A stretch of DNA of 64,000 bases. Source: an uncultured Clostridia bacterium. Its GTDB lineage: Bacteria > Bacillota > Clostridia > Christensenellales > QALW01. The notes under the pieces were generated by a model. The model searched no databases, was not told where the DNA came from, and worked only from the letters and a program-made list of their open reading frames with translations. A program made the translations under genes and the position numbers. Location: NCBI GenBank assembly GCA_934434555.1, contig CAKRZX010000013.1:608-64607 (forward strand). Reading direction: 5' to 3'. This document shows positions 17,924 to 25,704 of the stretch, one piece after another (positions within the stretch are counted from its first letter, which is position 1; each line of letters opens with the position of its first letter).

Positions 17924-18562
17924 ATGAAGAAAAGAATTTTCGGCTTTCTTGCTGCGGCGGTAATGATTGCTGTTTGCTCACTTACCGCGTTTGCCCACGG
18001 CACCGTCACATATGACGGAAGCGCAAAGGATTTCATTTTCGCCCCGGGAAGCGAATATTCGCCTACCGACCTATTTACCGACTTCAAAAACGTTATGCCC
18101 GGCGATTCGGTAACGCAAAAAGTAACGGTAAACAACAGGATAGACAAAAATGTAAAAATCAAAGTGTATGTGCGCTCACTGGGCGCGGAAGAGGGGTCGG
18201 AAGAGTTTTTATCAAAACTGAACCTTACGGTAAAACAGGAGGGCAACTCAAAACTGTTTGCCGCGCCCGCCGACCAAACGGCGCAACTTGCCGACTGGGT
18301 TTATCTCGGCACGATATATTCCGGCGGTAAAATAGACCTGGACGTTACTCTTGATGTTCCCATTGAACTTGAAAACCGCTTTCAGGACGCAATAGGATAT
18401 CTTGATTGGGAGTTCAAGGTTGAAGAACTTCCGGTGGAAAAGAACGACCCCAAACCTTTGGGCGACGCACCGCAATATCTGCTTTACGGCGTGCTTATCG
18501 GCGCGGTTGTGCTTATGGTTATTGTTCTTGTTGCCGTTCGCCGCCGCAGACAGGACGACTGA
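17924..18562 (+). CDS. TasA-like body with ordinary signal peptide and C-terminal TM anchor (paralogue 7)
   Basis: ATG at 17924. The signal reads ..SLTAFAHG. NVMPGDSVTQKVTVNN resembles paralogue 5. The C-terminus is KPLGDAPQYLLYGVLIGAVVLMVIVLVAVRRRRQDD. Confidence 0.7.
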   Translation: MKKRIFGFLAAAVMIAVCSLTAFAHGTVTYDGSAKDFIFAPGSEYSPTDLFTDFKNVMPGDSVTQKVTVNNRIDKNVKIKVYVRSLGAEEGSEEFLSKLNLTVKQEGNSKLFAAPADQTAQLADWVYLGTIYSGGKIDLDVTLDVPIELENRFQDAIGYLDWEFKVEELPVEKNDPKPLGDAPQYLLYGVLIGAVVLMVIVLVAVRRRRQDD

Positions 18563-18564
18563 AA

Positions 18565-18843
18565 ATGAGCATATTTAACAGAATGTTCAAAAATCGGGGG
18601 GGGGCAGACCCTTTGGATAAAGATAATCTGCCCGAAAGAACGATTGAAAATTGCGTTCTGTGCGGCAAACCCACTCCGTATTTTTCCGATACGCCCGTAA
18701 ATATGCGTAAGTTTTATATTTCGGGCGCGGGACAACTCTGCAAAGAGTGCTACGCGGAAACGGTATTCGGCAGCCGCCACGAAACCGATATGAGCGACGG
18801 CGAACTGATGTATTTAATTGAATTGTGCAGGCAGAAAACATAA
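18565..18843 (+). CDS. Small zinc-ribbon-like protein (CxxC..CxxC)
   Basis: The ORF starts 3 nt after the preceding stop. CVLCGK...CKEC are present. Confidence 0.5.
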   Translation: MSIFNRMFKNRGGADPLDKDNLPERTIENCVLCGKPTPYFSDTPVNMRKFYISGAGQLCKECYAETVFGSRHETDMSDGELMYLIELCRQKT

Positions 18844-19049
18844 TGGAATTTATTGCTGAAAACAAAAGAGTGGATATTAAACGCTGTCACCTTTGCACAA
18901 GGCTTGATTTAAGGGACTGCAATTCCTGTAAAGACGGGCTTGTGTGCGAAAACGGCAACTGCGATTCGTTTGAGCCGGTAAAAAAGGAAAACATAACGGT
19001 ACGTATCGGCTGTCTGATTGAAAAAATAGGCATATGCATGGGGAAGTGA
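18843..19049 (+). CDS. Small Cys-rich protein
   Basis: TAATG overlap with the preceding ORF. The 68-aa product has nine Cys (CHLC, CNSC, C..C). Confidence 0.45.
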   Translation: MEFIAENKRVDIKRCHLCTRLDLRDCNSCKDGLVCENGNCDSFEPVKKENITVRIGCLIEKIGICMGK

Positions 19050-19055
19050 AACGAA

Positions 19056-19280
19056 ATGGACTTGTTTGAATATATCCGTACACTTTTGGGCTGTGAGTAT
19101 ATTTCGGATATCCGCTTGCCCGAAAACCGCACTCTTGCGCGCAGAGTGTTTTCGAGAATAAACCTTTCCTGGTACACCCAAAGGGAAATCGATGATATGA
19201 AAGAGTATTTGGGAATATCCCGCTGCAAAAAGGAGAAAACAACAGGCGAAACAAGTAAAGCGCCGAGTTTGGCACAATAA
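19056..19280 (+). CDS. Small hypothetical protein
   Basis: Co-directional ORF followed by the terminator at 19311-19345. Confidence 0.4.
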   Translation: MDLFEYIRTLLGCEYISDIRLPENRTLARRVFSRINLSWYTQREIDDMKEYLGISRCKKEKTTGETSKAPSLAQ

Positions 19281-19310
19281 TGCATATGTGCGCAATAAAA
19301 CATATAATAA

Positions 19311-19345
19311 AAATCCCCCGATTTTGTCGGGGGATTTCGTTTTAG
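19311..19345. terminator. Bidirectional terminator hairpin
   Basis: AAATCCCCCG-N7-CGGGGGATTT is flanked by A-runs and T-runs and lies between convergent genes. Confidence 0.7.
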
Positions 19346-20430
19346 TTCTCAAAATACACGGGCTTGCCCGTTTTGGCAGATTCGTAAATGCCTTCAAGTA
19401 TGCGAGTAACAACAAATGCCTGTTCGGGAAGTGTTGCAGGCTGCTTGCGGGTGCGAACTGCCTCAATCCACTGCCTCGCCTCGTTTGCCGAAGCGTCGTT
19501 AGAGTCGTTACCTATATAGAATGCCGCTCCGCCGGAAGAGAAATTCGGGTTTTCAACGTACTGTTTGCCGTGCTTGATTCCGTTAATGCGCAGACCGTCG
19601 TTCATATCGGCACCGCCTTTTGTGCCGCAAACGCTTGTTACCGCTTCACGCACGTCAAGCGAATTAAGCGCCCAAGCGGATTCAAGAATAATCGTCGCTC
19701 CGTTTTCCATTACGATAAAACCGAATGCTGAATCTTCTACGGTGAATTTTTCGGGTTCCCAATCACCCCAAGCGTTTCCCGAGGGAAGAATGTTGTTGAG
19801 TTTGTGGTATGCAGTTCCCACAACGTATTTGGGCTTATAGTTATTCATTGTCCACAGGGTAAGGTCGAGGGCATGCGTACCGATGTCTATAAGCGGACCG
19901 CCGCCCTGTTCATATTCGTTCAGGAAGACGCCCCAAGTGGGAACGGCTCTGCGGCGTATTGCGGTTGCTTTTGCGTAATAGATATCGCCGAAAGCACCGT
20001 TATCGGCCTCTGCTTTAAGATATTGCGAATCGGGACGGAATCTGTTTTGATATCCGATAGTCAAAAGCCTGCCCGTGCGTTTTTGCGCGTCGAGCATTTT
20101 CTTTGCTTCGGCGGAGTTAATAGCCATAGGCTTTTCGCACATAACGTCTTTTCCTGATTCAAGTGCGTCAACTGTAATGAAACTGTGCGACCTGTTTGGT
20201 GTGCAAACGTGAACAACGTCAATGGTCGTGTCTTTAAGCAGTTCTTTATAGTCGGTGTAAACTTTTGCGTCTTTTGTGCCGTATTCCTTTGCGGCTTTTT
20301 CTGCACGTTCTGCAATTATATCGCAAAAAGCAACCATTTCAACATCTTTTACTTTTTTAAGTGAGGGCATATGTTTGCCGTTGGCGATTCCGCCGCAGCC
20401 GATAATGCCTATACGTATAACCTTTTCCAT
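19342..20430 (-). CDS. Gfo/Idh/MocA family oxidoreductase
   Basis: N-terminal IGIIGCGGIANGKHMP Rossmann motif and EKPMA motif. Confidence 0.85.
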   Translation of the reverse strand: MEKVIRIGIIGCGGIANGKHMPSLKKVKDVEMVAFCDIIAERAEKAAKEYGTKDAKVYTDYKELLKDTTIDVVHVCTPNRSHSFITVDALESGKDVMCEKPMAINSAEAKKMLDAQKRTGRLLTIGYQNRFRPDSQYLKAEADNGAFGDIYYAKATAIRRRAVPTWGVFLNEYEQGGGPLIDIGTHALDLTLWTMNNYKPKYVVGTAYHKLNNILPSGNAWGDWEPEKFTVEDSAFGFIVMENGATIILESAWALNSLDVREAVTSVCGTKGGADMNDGLRINGIKHGKQYVENPNFSSGGAAFYIGNDSNDASANEARQWIEAVRTRKQPATLPEQAFVVTRILEGIYESAKTGKPVYFEN

Positions 20431-20441
20431 AATATTCGCTC

Positions 20442-21221
20442 CTATTTAATGATAAATTGCTTTATGTAGTTCTGCGTGAATTTAATTCCGGCATAGCCCA
20501 ATTCACCCTGCCACGTTTCCGAATGCGGCTCTATTGAAAGTCCGCCGTCATACTTCCGTGCGTAAAGAATCGAGAAAACCGAACCCCATTTTATGTCGTC
20601 CATACCAGCCGGCGGGTCATCAACGGGCCTTTTGCCTGCGTGGGTAGTGCCTTTAATGTGAAAATGGGAAATATGTTCGCCCCAATCGTTCATTTCGCGC
20701 AGATAATCGTCGCCGCGGTTGTAGGCGTGAGAACAGTCATATTTTATTGTCAGTGCGGGAAGTTCGCCGATAACAATCTCCCAATCAGCGGGAGTAACAA
20801 CAAAGTTGTTCCAATCACAGTTTGCTACGGCGATTTTCATATCGCCGGCTCTTTGCAAAAGCAGCCCGAAAAGTTCAATAGCAGCGGTGTAGTTTTTGTA
20901 CTTGCTTACGCTGTCGTCATAATTGATTCCGCAAACAAAAACTTTTGAGCCTATCTCCTTTGCTGCGTCAAGAGTGTTAAAGTACAGGTCAAGTTTCTCC
21001 TTGTCCAGTCTTCCTCCCTTGTTGATTTCGTGGTTCCATCTGCCCACGCTCTGAACGGGGATGCCTGTGCGAGCAATGTTCTCTTTGATGCTTTCCTTTG
21101 CATCAATGAACCTGTTGCAGGTTTGGTCGTAATTTAAGCAGATTTCCATAAATTCAAGGCCGTTTTCTTTGATGAAATCAAAAGATTTGCCGTCAAATCC
21201 GCTTATCATACCGAGTTTCAT
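20442..21221 (-). CDS. Sugar phosphate isomerase/epimerase (xylose isomerase-like TIM barrel)
   Basis: Length and motifs (HFHIKG, SIEPHS) fit the family. It is adjacent to an oxidoreductase, which is common for this family. Confidence 0.7.
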   Translation of the reverse strand: MKLGMISGFDGKSFDFIKENGLEFMEICLNYDQTCNRFIDAKESIKENIARTGIPVQSVGRWNHEINKGGRLDKEKLDLYFNTLDAAKEIGSKVFVCGINYDDSVSKYKNYTAAIELFGLLLQRAGDMKIAVANCDWNNFVVTPADWEIVIGELPALTIKYDCSHAYNRGDDYLREMNDWGEHISHFHIKGTTHAGKRPVDDPPAGMDDIKWGSVFSILYARKYDGGLSIEPHSETWQGELGYAGIKFTQNYIKQFIIK

Positions 21222-21479
21222 TCTTTTCTACCTCCGATTTTTATTATCGGCATTAAAAATCGGCAATGCCTAACCGCCGTTCTGTTTTCTTTCATTCTAC
21301 ATACGCTGGTATTATAATTCCAAAACTCACGTGATTCAAGACTTTTTTTGATTATTTCAAGACAAAAATTGCGCAAAATGATTATAAATGAGCGATAACG
21401 GACAAAAGTTGCGGAAAATTTCCGAAAACGGCGAAGCAGCAAAAAAAACAGCCTGTTCGTGTATGTGAACAGACTGTTT

Positions 21480-21524
21480 TGGTGGGTCATCGGGGGTTCG
21501 AACCCCGGACACCCTGATTAAGAG
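21480..21524 (-). repeat. attL: displaced 3' 45 nt of tRNA-Lys
   Basis: Exact 45-bp identity with 28649-28693. Confidence 0.9.
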
Positions 21525-21537
21525 GGAATAATTTGCA

Positions 21538-22140
21538 TTATTTATTATTTTTGTATTCTTTCATTAGGCCTGTTATTTTCTTTTTATATGCATTGTGTGA
21601 CCGTCTGTTTTGTGGATAGTTTCTTAGTATGTCTATATAATACCAAATTGGATTCATTCCTTTTGATTCGTTTATTGCTATTTTTATCGAGTCTTTTAGA
21701 TTTCTTCCTACTATTACTCTGCATATGTATGTTGTTGTTTCGTTTTTTTCGTTGAATTCCGTGTGCGTCCATACATCTATATTTCTTACTTTCCCTGTTT
21801 TAGAAGTAGACCATCCAAAATCTCTATAACTTGTCCTTGTTCTATTTTTTACGTATTCATTTATCAATTCAGTTATTTTCTTTTTATATGCTCTATCGGT
21901 TCGCCTGTTTTGTGGATAGTTTCTCAGTACGTCTAGATAATACCAAATTGGGTTCATTCCTTTTGATTCATTTACCGCTATTTTTATAGATTCTTTCATA
22001 TTCCTTCCCACTATTACTTTACATGTGTATGTCGTTGTTTCATTTTCCTCGTCCACCTGTGTTCTGGTTATTACGTCTATGTTTCTTACTTTCCCTGTTC
22101 TCGAAGTAGACCATCCAAAATCTCTATACGTTGTTCTCAT
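21538..22140 (-). CDS. Hypothetical protein made of two tandem ~100-aa repeats (prophage accessory gene)
   Basis: The two halves are roughly 80 percent identical (YRDFGWSTS.TGKVRNIDV...NETTTY.C.VIVGRN...NESKGMNPIWYY..LRNYPQNRR). Confidence 0.7.
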   Translation of the reverse strand: MRTTYRDFGWSTSRTGKVRNIDVITRTQVDEENETTTYTCKVIVGRNMKESIKIAVNESKGMNPIWYYLDVLRNYPQNRRTDRAYKKKITELINEYVKNRTRTSYRDFGWSTSKTGKVRNIDVWTHTEFNEKNETTTYICRVIVGRNLKDSIKIAINESKGMNPIWYYIDILRNYPQNRRSHNAYKKKITGLMKEYKNNK

Positions 22141-22148
22141 TTTACCTC

Positions 22149-22439
22149 CTATTTATTATTTATTGTTATATTTTTTGAAGAAGTAATAACTTGTTTGTTT
22201 TTATAATGTTCTTGGCCGTGCAGTTTTTTTGGTTCATCAGTCAGTCCTAGTATATAATCAGCGGAAACATTATATATTTTACACAAGATTATTAAATCTT
22301 CTATTTGCAATTTTGCATTGTCATTTTCAATATGTGCGTATCCCTGTTGTGACCTATTAAGTATTTTTGCAATATCTTTTTGTTTAAGGTCATGGTCTTC
22401 GCGTAACTCTCTGATTATTGTTTGATATGTTTTTTTCAT
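22149..22439 (-). CDS. XRE family repressor (prophage cI-like)
   Basis: The HTH is LKQKDIAKILNRSQQGYAHIEND. It is divergent from the structural genes. The MKKTYQ start is preferred over the listed upstream start. Confidence 0.8.
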   Translation of the reverse strand: MKKTYQTIIRELREDHDLKQKDIAKILNRSQQGYAHIENDNAKLQIEDLIILCKIYNVSADYILGLTDEPKKLHGQEHYKNKQVITSSKNITINNK

Positions 22440-22479
22440 ATTACACCCCAACTATATTATATAATAAAAAAAATTATTC

Positions 22480-22536
22480 TTGACTTTTACTCAGAAGTTG
22501 AGTATAATCTACTTGTATTTACTCAATATTTGAGTA
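22480..22536 (+). promoter_or_regulatory. Rightward prophage promoter with two palindromic operators
   Basis: TTGACT, 17 nt, TATAAT. TACTCAGAAGTTGAGTA (22488-22504) overlaps the -10 element. A second operator TACTCAATATTTGAGTA lies at 22520-22536. Confidence 0.65.
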
Positions 22537-22560
22537 TAAAGTTTAAGAAAGCAGGAGCAG

Positions 22561-22698
22561 ATGATGAGTGATTTTATCTTAAAGTTAATATTAGGCGTAT
22601 CGGTAGCAGGATGTTTAGGCGCGGTATCCGCTCTTTGTGATATCGGAGTAAGGTCCATGTTGAATAAGAAAGCGGAGCAAAAAGATAAAAAGGCTTGA
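22561..22698 (+). CDS. Small 45-aa hydrophobic ORF
   Basis: ATG follows GCAGGAG and it is the first ORF after the promoter. It is below the ORF-track cutoff. Confidence 0.3.
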   Translation: MMSDFILKLILGVSVAGCLGAVSALCDIGVRSMLNKKAEQKDKKA

Positions 22699-22745
22699 AG
22701 GATTTTCGAATCCATAAAATAAAAAAACAGAGAGGTAAAGAAGCA

Positions 22746-23114
22746 ATGAAAGTAAAAAAGCAAGAGAAGGACATAAGGCAGTTTATAGTGCTGCGACCCG
22801 TAGGTTTCAATGAATTGGTAGACATTGACCTGCACGACTTCAACCACGACGTGTACCGTGCGCTTGACATTGAATGTTATGAGCACGTCCACATCGGCTC
22901 GGTCAACGGAGTAGACCTGCATATGTTGGTAGACGAAATCGGCGCACTGAATAATAGTCGGCTGAATCCGGAAGCAACATATTTGTACGGTCGCAACATT
23001 TTCGGCAGCGTGCTTTTGTGCACAACGCTGCAACTCAGGAACGGCGAAGAAATCTTTGCACCGTTTGATGGCAGCGAGTTTATAAAAATGTGCAGCATAT
23101 TTTTAAGGAGGTAA
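22746..23114 (+). CDS. Hypothetical prophage protein (122 aa)
   Basis: ATG follows GAGAGGTAAAG. It lies in the co-directional module. Confidence 0.55.
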   Translation: MKVKKQEKDIRQFIVLRPVGFNELVDIDLHDFNHDVYRALDIECYEHVHIGSVNGVDLHMLVDEIGALNNSRLNPEATYLYGRNIFGSVLLCTTLQLRNGEEIFAPFDGSEFIKMCSIFLRR

Positions 23115-23120
23115 GTAAAA

Positions 23121-23378
23121 ATGAAAGTCAGACTTAAAGTAGTAGACCAGAAAGAGTATCTTGATGAGAAGAAGCAGCCGAAAGGCTACGGCGTGGTGTT
23201 TACCACGAATTTCGGCGAGCGCATCAGCGCGTATGTTAACCCGGAAGAAACGGAGTTGCTGAACAAGTACGCACCGGAAACGGTTCACATACTTGATTTG
23301 TACGCATACAAAGGTTCTGACGGAGTTGCCCGATTGGGTGTCCGGCTGGAACGCGAATTAAATGAAGTAGTATTTTAA
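23121..23378 (+). CDS. Hypothetical 85-aa protein at the position of an inovirus ssDNA-binding protein
   Basis: RBS AAGGAGG. Its size and its position immediately before the coat gene fit; there is no motif evidence. Confidence 0.45.
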   Translation: MKVRLKVVDQKEYLDEKKQPKGYGVVFTTNFGERISAYVNPEETELLNKYAPETVHILDLYAYKGSDGVARLGVRLERELNEVVF

Positions 23379-23441
23379 GTTAAATTCGCCATGCGCGCGG
23401 CGTGTTTATAATCCCAAAAATAAAGGAAAGGAGGATTATAT

Positions 23442-23657
23442 ATGCCTATTGCTAACTTTGTAGCCGCCGAAGGAGCGGCAAGCGCAACGCTTACACAGAT
23501 ACTTGCTGATATCGGTACATTTTTTACCGCAGCGATTGGCTGGCTCGGCACGGCACTTGATACCGTGGTTGGCTCGCCGGTTCTGTTTGTTATGGTTATT
23601 GCAATACCCGTTTCGATGGTTGCAATTGCCTTGCTCAGAAGGCTTATCAGTCTTTAA
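23442..23657 (+). CDS. Candidate major coat protein (71 aa, TM helix, basic C-terminus)
   Basis: Strong RBS AAAGGAGG. The N-terminus is Ala-rich, followed by a hydrophobic helix and an RRLISL tail. Confidence 0.6.
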   Translation: MPIANFVAAEGAASATLTQILADIGTFFTAAIGWLGTALDTVVGSPVLFVMVIAIPVSMVAIALLRRLISL

Positions 23658-23680
23658 TCTAAAAATAAGAGGTGCATTTT

Positions 23681-24856
23681 ATGAAGAAATTAAAGCGTCA
23701 CGTTCGAGGTCTTGTATTCGTTTTAGTTTTCGGAATACTTTGCACCTCTAATTTTTTAGTGAACGCGAAGTCGGAAACGGTTTCGTTTTCTGTTTTTGAT
23801 AAAAATGCAATGCGATTTGTTACGCAGCGTATGGACGGCAGTTTTTTTACTAATGAGACTGTCGGCGGTAATACTATAACTCGCCTTGCTAATGCTACTC
23901 GTTTTACTAACGGTGCAGAATTTTATACTACGTCTCAGGATGATACTATTGCTTGTTTATGGGTCTTTACTGACCCGACTGCGGTTGACTCTCCTGTTTA
24001 TTCGTTGGTTGGATATAAAGGCTGTACGGTGAATTTTAGTGTTACTTATACAGTTACTCCCCGTTCTTATGATTCATCCGGTAATTATATTGCTGACGGT
24101 ACTACCTTTGAATTTTTGAAAGATTCTAATTCTGTCGCAAAATACTTTGCTTTTTATTCTCGCCCCGATTGGACGGTTTACACTGATTCTAATGCAACCG
24201 CTAAAAAGGTTCATTTGTTTTTATCGAATTATAAACGTACTGCTCAGATTGTTGTTGAATATTCTTTTACTATTCCGTCTGATACGTTTAATATATACGG
24301 CTTTACTTCGTCTGTCGGTCGGCCAAACGATTCCGGCTCTCTTGACCTTGATGAAAAATGGAAACTTGGTGTCAACCGTGCATATTACGGTTTTTCTGCT
24401 ACGTTTTCGGACATTACCGTTGAAAGTCTGACTGCGGCCGACAAAGATTATGCCTCTCCGGCAACCACGCCGAACATAGAACCGGCGGTTGATGATATGG
24501 GCACGATAGACCAGAATATGACTGACTATACAAAGCAGGCTAATGATTATCTCACAAACGGCGCGTCAAACCTGTCTTCATATATTAAAACAATCAATCA
24601 TCCCTGGACACGTGCGTTTACTTTTATAACTGAGATGTTTAACAAGGTAATTAAGTTCGAACCGTTGCAGATTATATTGCTTATGAGTTCGATAATCGGT
24701 TTAATGGGCCTTTTGTTTGCCGGCTGGCAGTTGCCTGTTTCGCAAAGCAAGGTTGACCGTGTTGCCGATGCAGCGTACCGGCGCGGATATGACCGAGGAT
24801 ACAGTGTTGGCAATGAACGGTCGTATCGAGACTCGGCAGACATTCGGAGGCGTTAA
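23681..24856 (+). CDS. Candidate minor coat/adsorption protein (pIII-like)
   Basis: It has a signal peptide, a C-terminal TM helix (IILLMSSIIGLMGLLFAGW) and a basic tail. It is the largest structural ORF. Confidence 0.55.
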   Translation: MKKLKRHVRGLVFVLVFGILCTSNFLVNAKSETVSFSVFDKNAMRFVTQRMDGSFFTNETVGGNTITRLANATRFTNGAEFYTTSQDDTIACLWVFTDPTAVDSPVYSLVGYKGCTVNFSVTYTVTPRSYDSSGNYIADGTTFEFLKDSNSVAKYFAFYSRPDWTVYTDSNATAKKVHLFLSNYKRTAQIVVEYSFTIPSDTFNIYGFTSSVGRPNDSGSLDLDEKWKLGVNRAYYGFSATFSDITVESLTAADKDYASPATTPNIEPAVDDMGTIDQNMTDYTKQANDYLTNGASNLSSYIKTINHPWTRAFTFITEMFNKVIKFEPLQIILLMSSIIGLMGLLFAGWQLPVSQSKVDRVADAAYRRGYDRGYSVGNERSYRDSADIRRR

Positions 24857-24858
24857 TT

Positions 24859-25104
24859 ATGTTTGTTACTTTAACATTTTGGGACAGCGTTATATCTTTC
24901 TTTGATAACATCTGGGAATTTTTTCAGATGTGCGGTCAAATGATTGTTGGCTTTGTAAATACGTTGCTTAATTTCGTGCAGATGATAGGTGTAGCATTTA
25001 AGGTACTGCCTTTGTTGCAGATGATAATCCCCGGCTTTATTTATGCTGCCATTGTCGCATTTGTTTGTGTCGGCATTGTCCGGTCTATAATTGCGAAAGG
25101 ATGA
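24859..25104 (+). CDS. Small membrane protein (pVI-like position)
   Basis: 81 aa with two hydrophobic helices. Confidence 0.5.
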   Translation: MFVTLTFWDSVISFFDNIWEFFQMCGQMIVGFVNTLLNFVQMIGVAFKVLPLLQMIIPGFIYAAIVAFVCVGIVRSIIAKG

Positions 25105-25108
25105 TGGT

Positions 25109-25282
25109 ATGCTTAATTTTTGGGATTGGCTCTTTCAGCGTTTCGGCGAAGCGTTTCAATTTATGAATTCCGTATCGTTTGAAACGTCTTTGGGCGTTAA
25201 AGTATATTTAGGATGGATAGCCGTTGCATTCTTTACGCTGTCCATTATCATTTCAGTATTTTGGAAAGGTGGTAGAGGTTAA
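25109..25282 (+). CDS. Small membrane protein
   Basis: ATG follows GAAAGGATG. One TM helix. Confidence 0.4.
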   Translation: MLNFWDWLFQRFGEAFQFMNSVSFETSLGVKVYLGWIAVAFFTLSIIISVFWKGGRG

Positions 25283-25466
25283 TGGTGATACTTCCCTGTT
25301 TGCAGATATTTCTTAATGGCAGCCATTATATCTGCTATGTTTTCCTTTTGGCTTTTGTGTTTTTCTTGTTGCGGAAGGTGATTAAAGGATGAACTTAACC
25401 GTGTTTTGGCTTATGGGCATATTTGTAGTAATGTGCCTTAACATATTTATGCGAGGTGATTAAATA

Positions 25467-25664
25467 ATGCAAACCGTTCTTGAAGCGCTCCGGCAGATTC
25501 TCGGAGTTCCTGATTTTTATAAAATCCTCCCCAGTAGCAGCTCCGGTTATCAGAATTATTCCTGGGATTATGCTGCTATGATTGAATATCTCGTCGGCGC
25601 TCTGATTTTGCTTTGTGTGGTTGCAAATGTGTTCAAACTTTTAAGATGTTTGTTTTCAAAGTAA
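25467..25664 (+). CDS. Small membrane protein
   Basis: RBS GAGGTGA. It has a C-terminal TM helix and is followed by the hairpin GCCGGCAAC/GTTGCCGGC. Confidence 0.45.
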   Translation: MQTVLEALRQILGVPDFYKILPSSSSGYQNYSWDYAAMIEYLVGALILLCVVANVFKLLRCLFSK

Positions 25665-25704
25665 AGCCGGCAACACGTTGCCGGCGTGGTGAAAGGATTA
25701 AGTT

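Noticed and set aside
9586-18562. Interpretation of the locus as a classical sortase-assembled pilus.
   Set aside because: There is no sortase gene and no LPXTG motif in any of the eight structural proteins. The subunits carry SipW-type signals instead. The only (S/P)PxTG protein in the window (1-944) belongs to the separate mobile element.
21480-21524. A third tRNA gene.
   Set aside because: Only 45 nt are present, identical to the 3' part of tRNA-Lys at 28649-28693. It lacks the 5' half, so it is interpreted as the displaced attL fragment.
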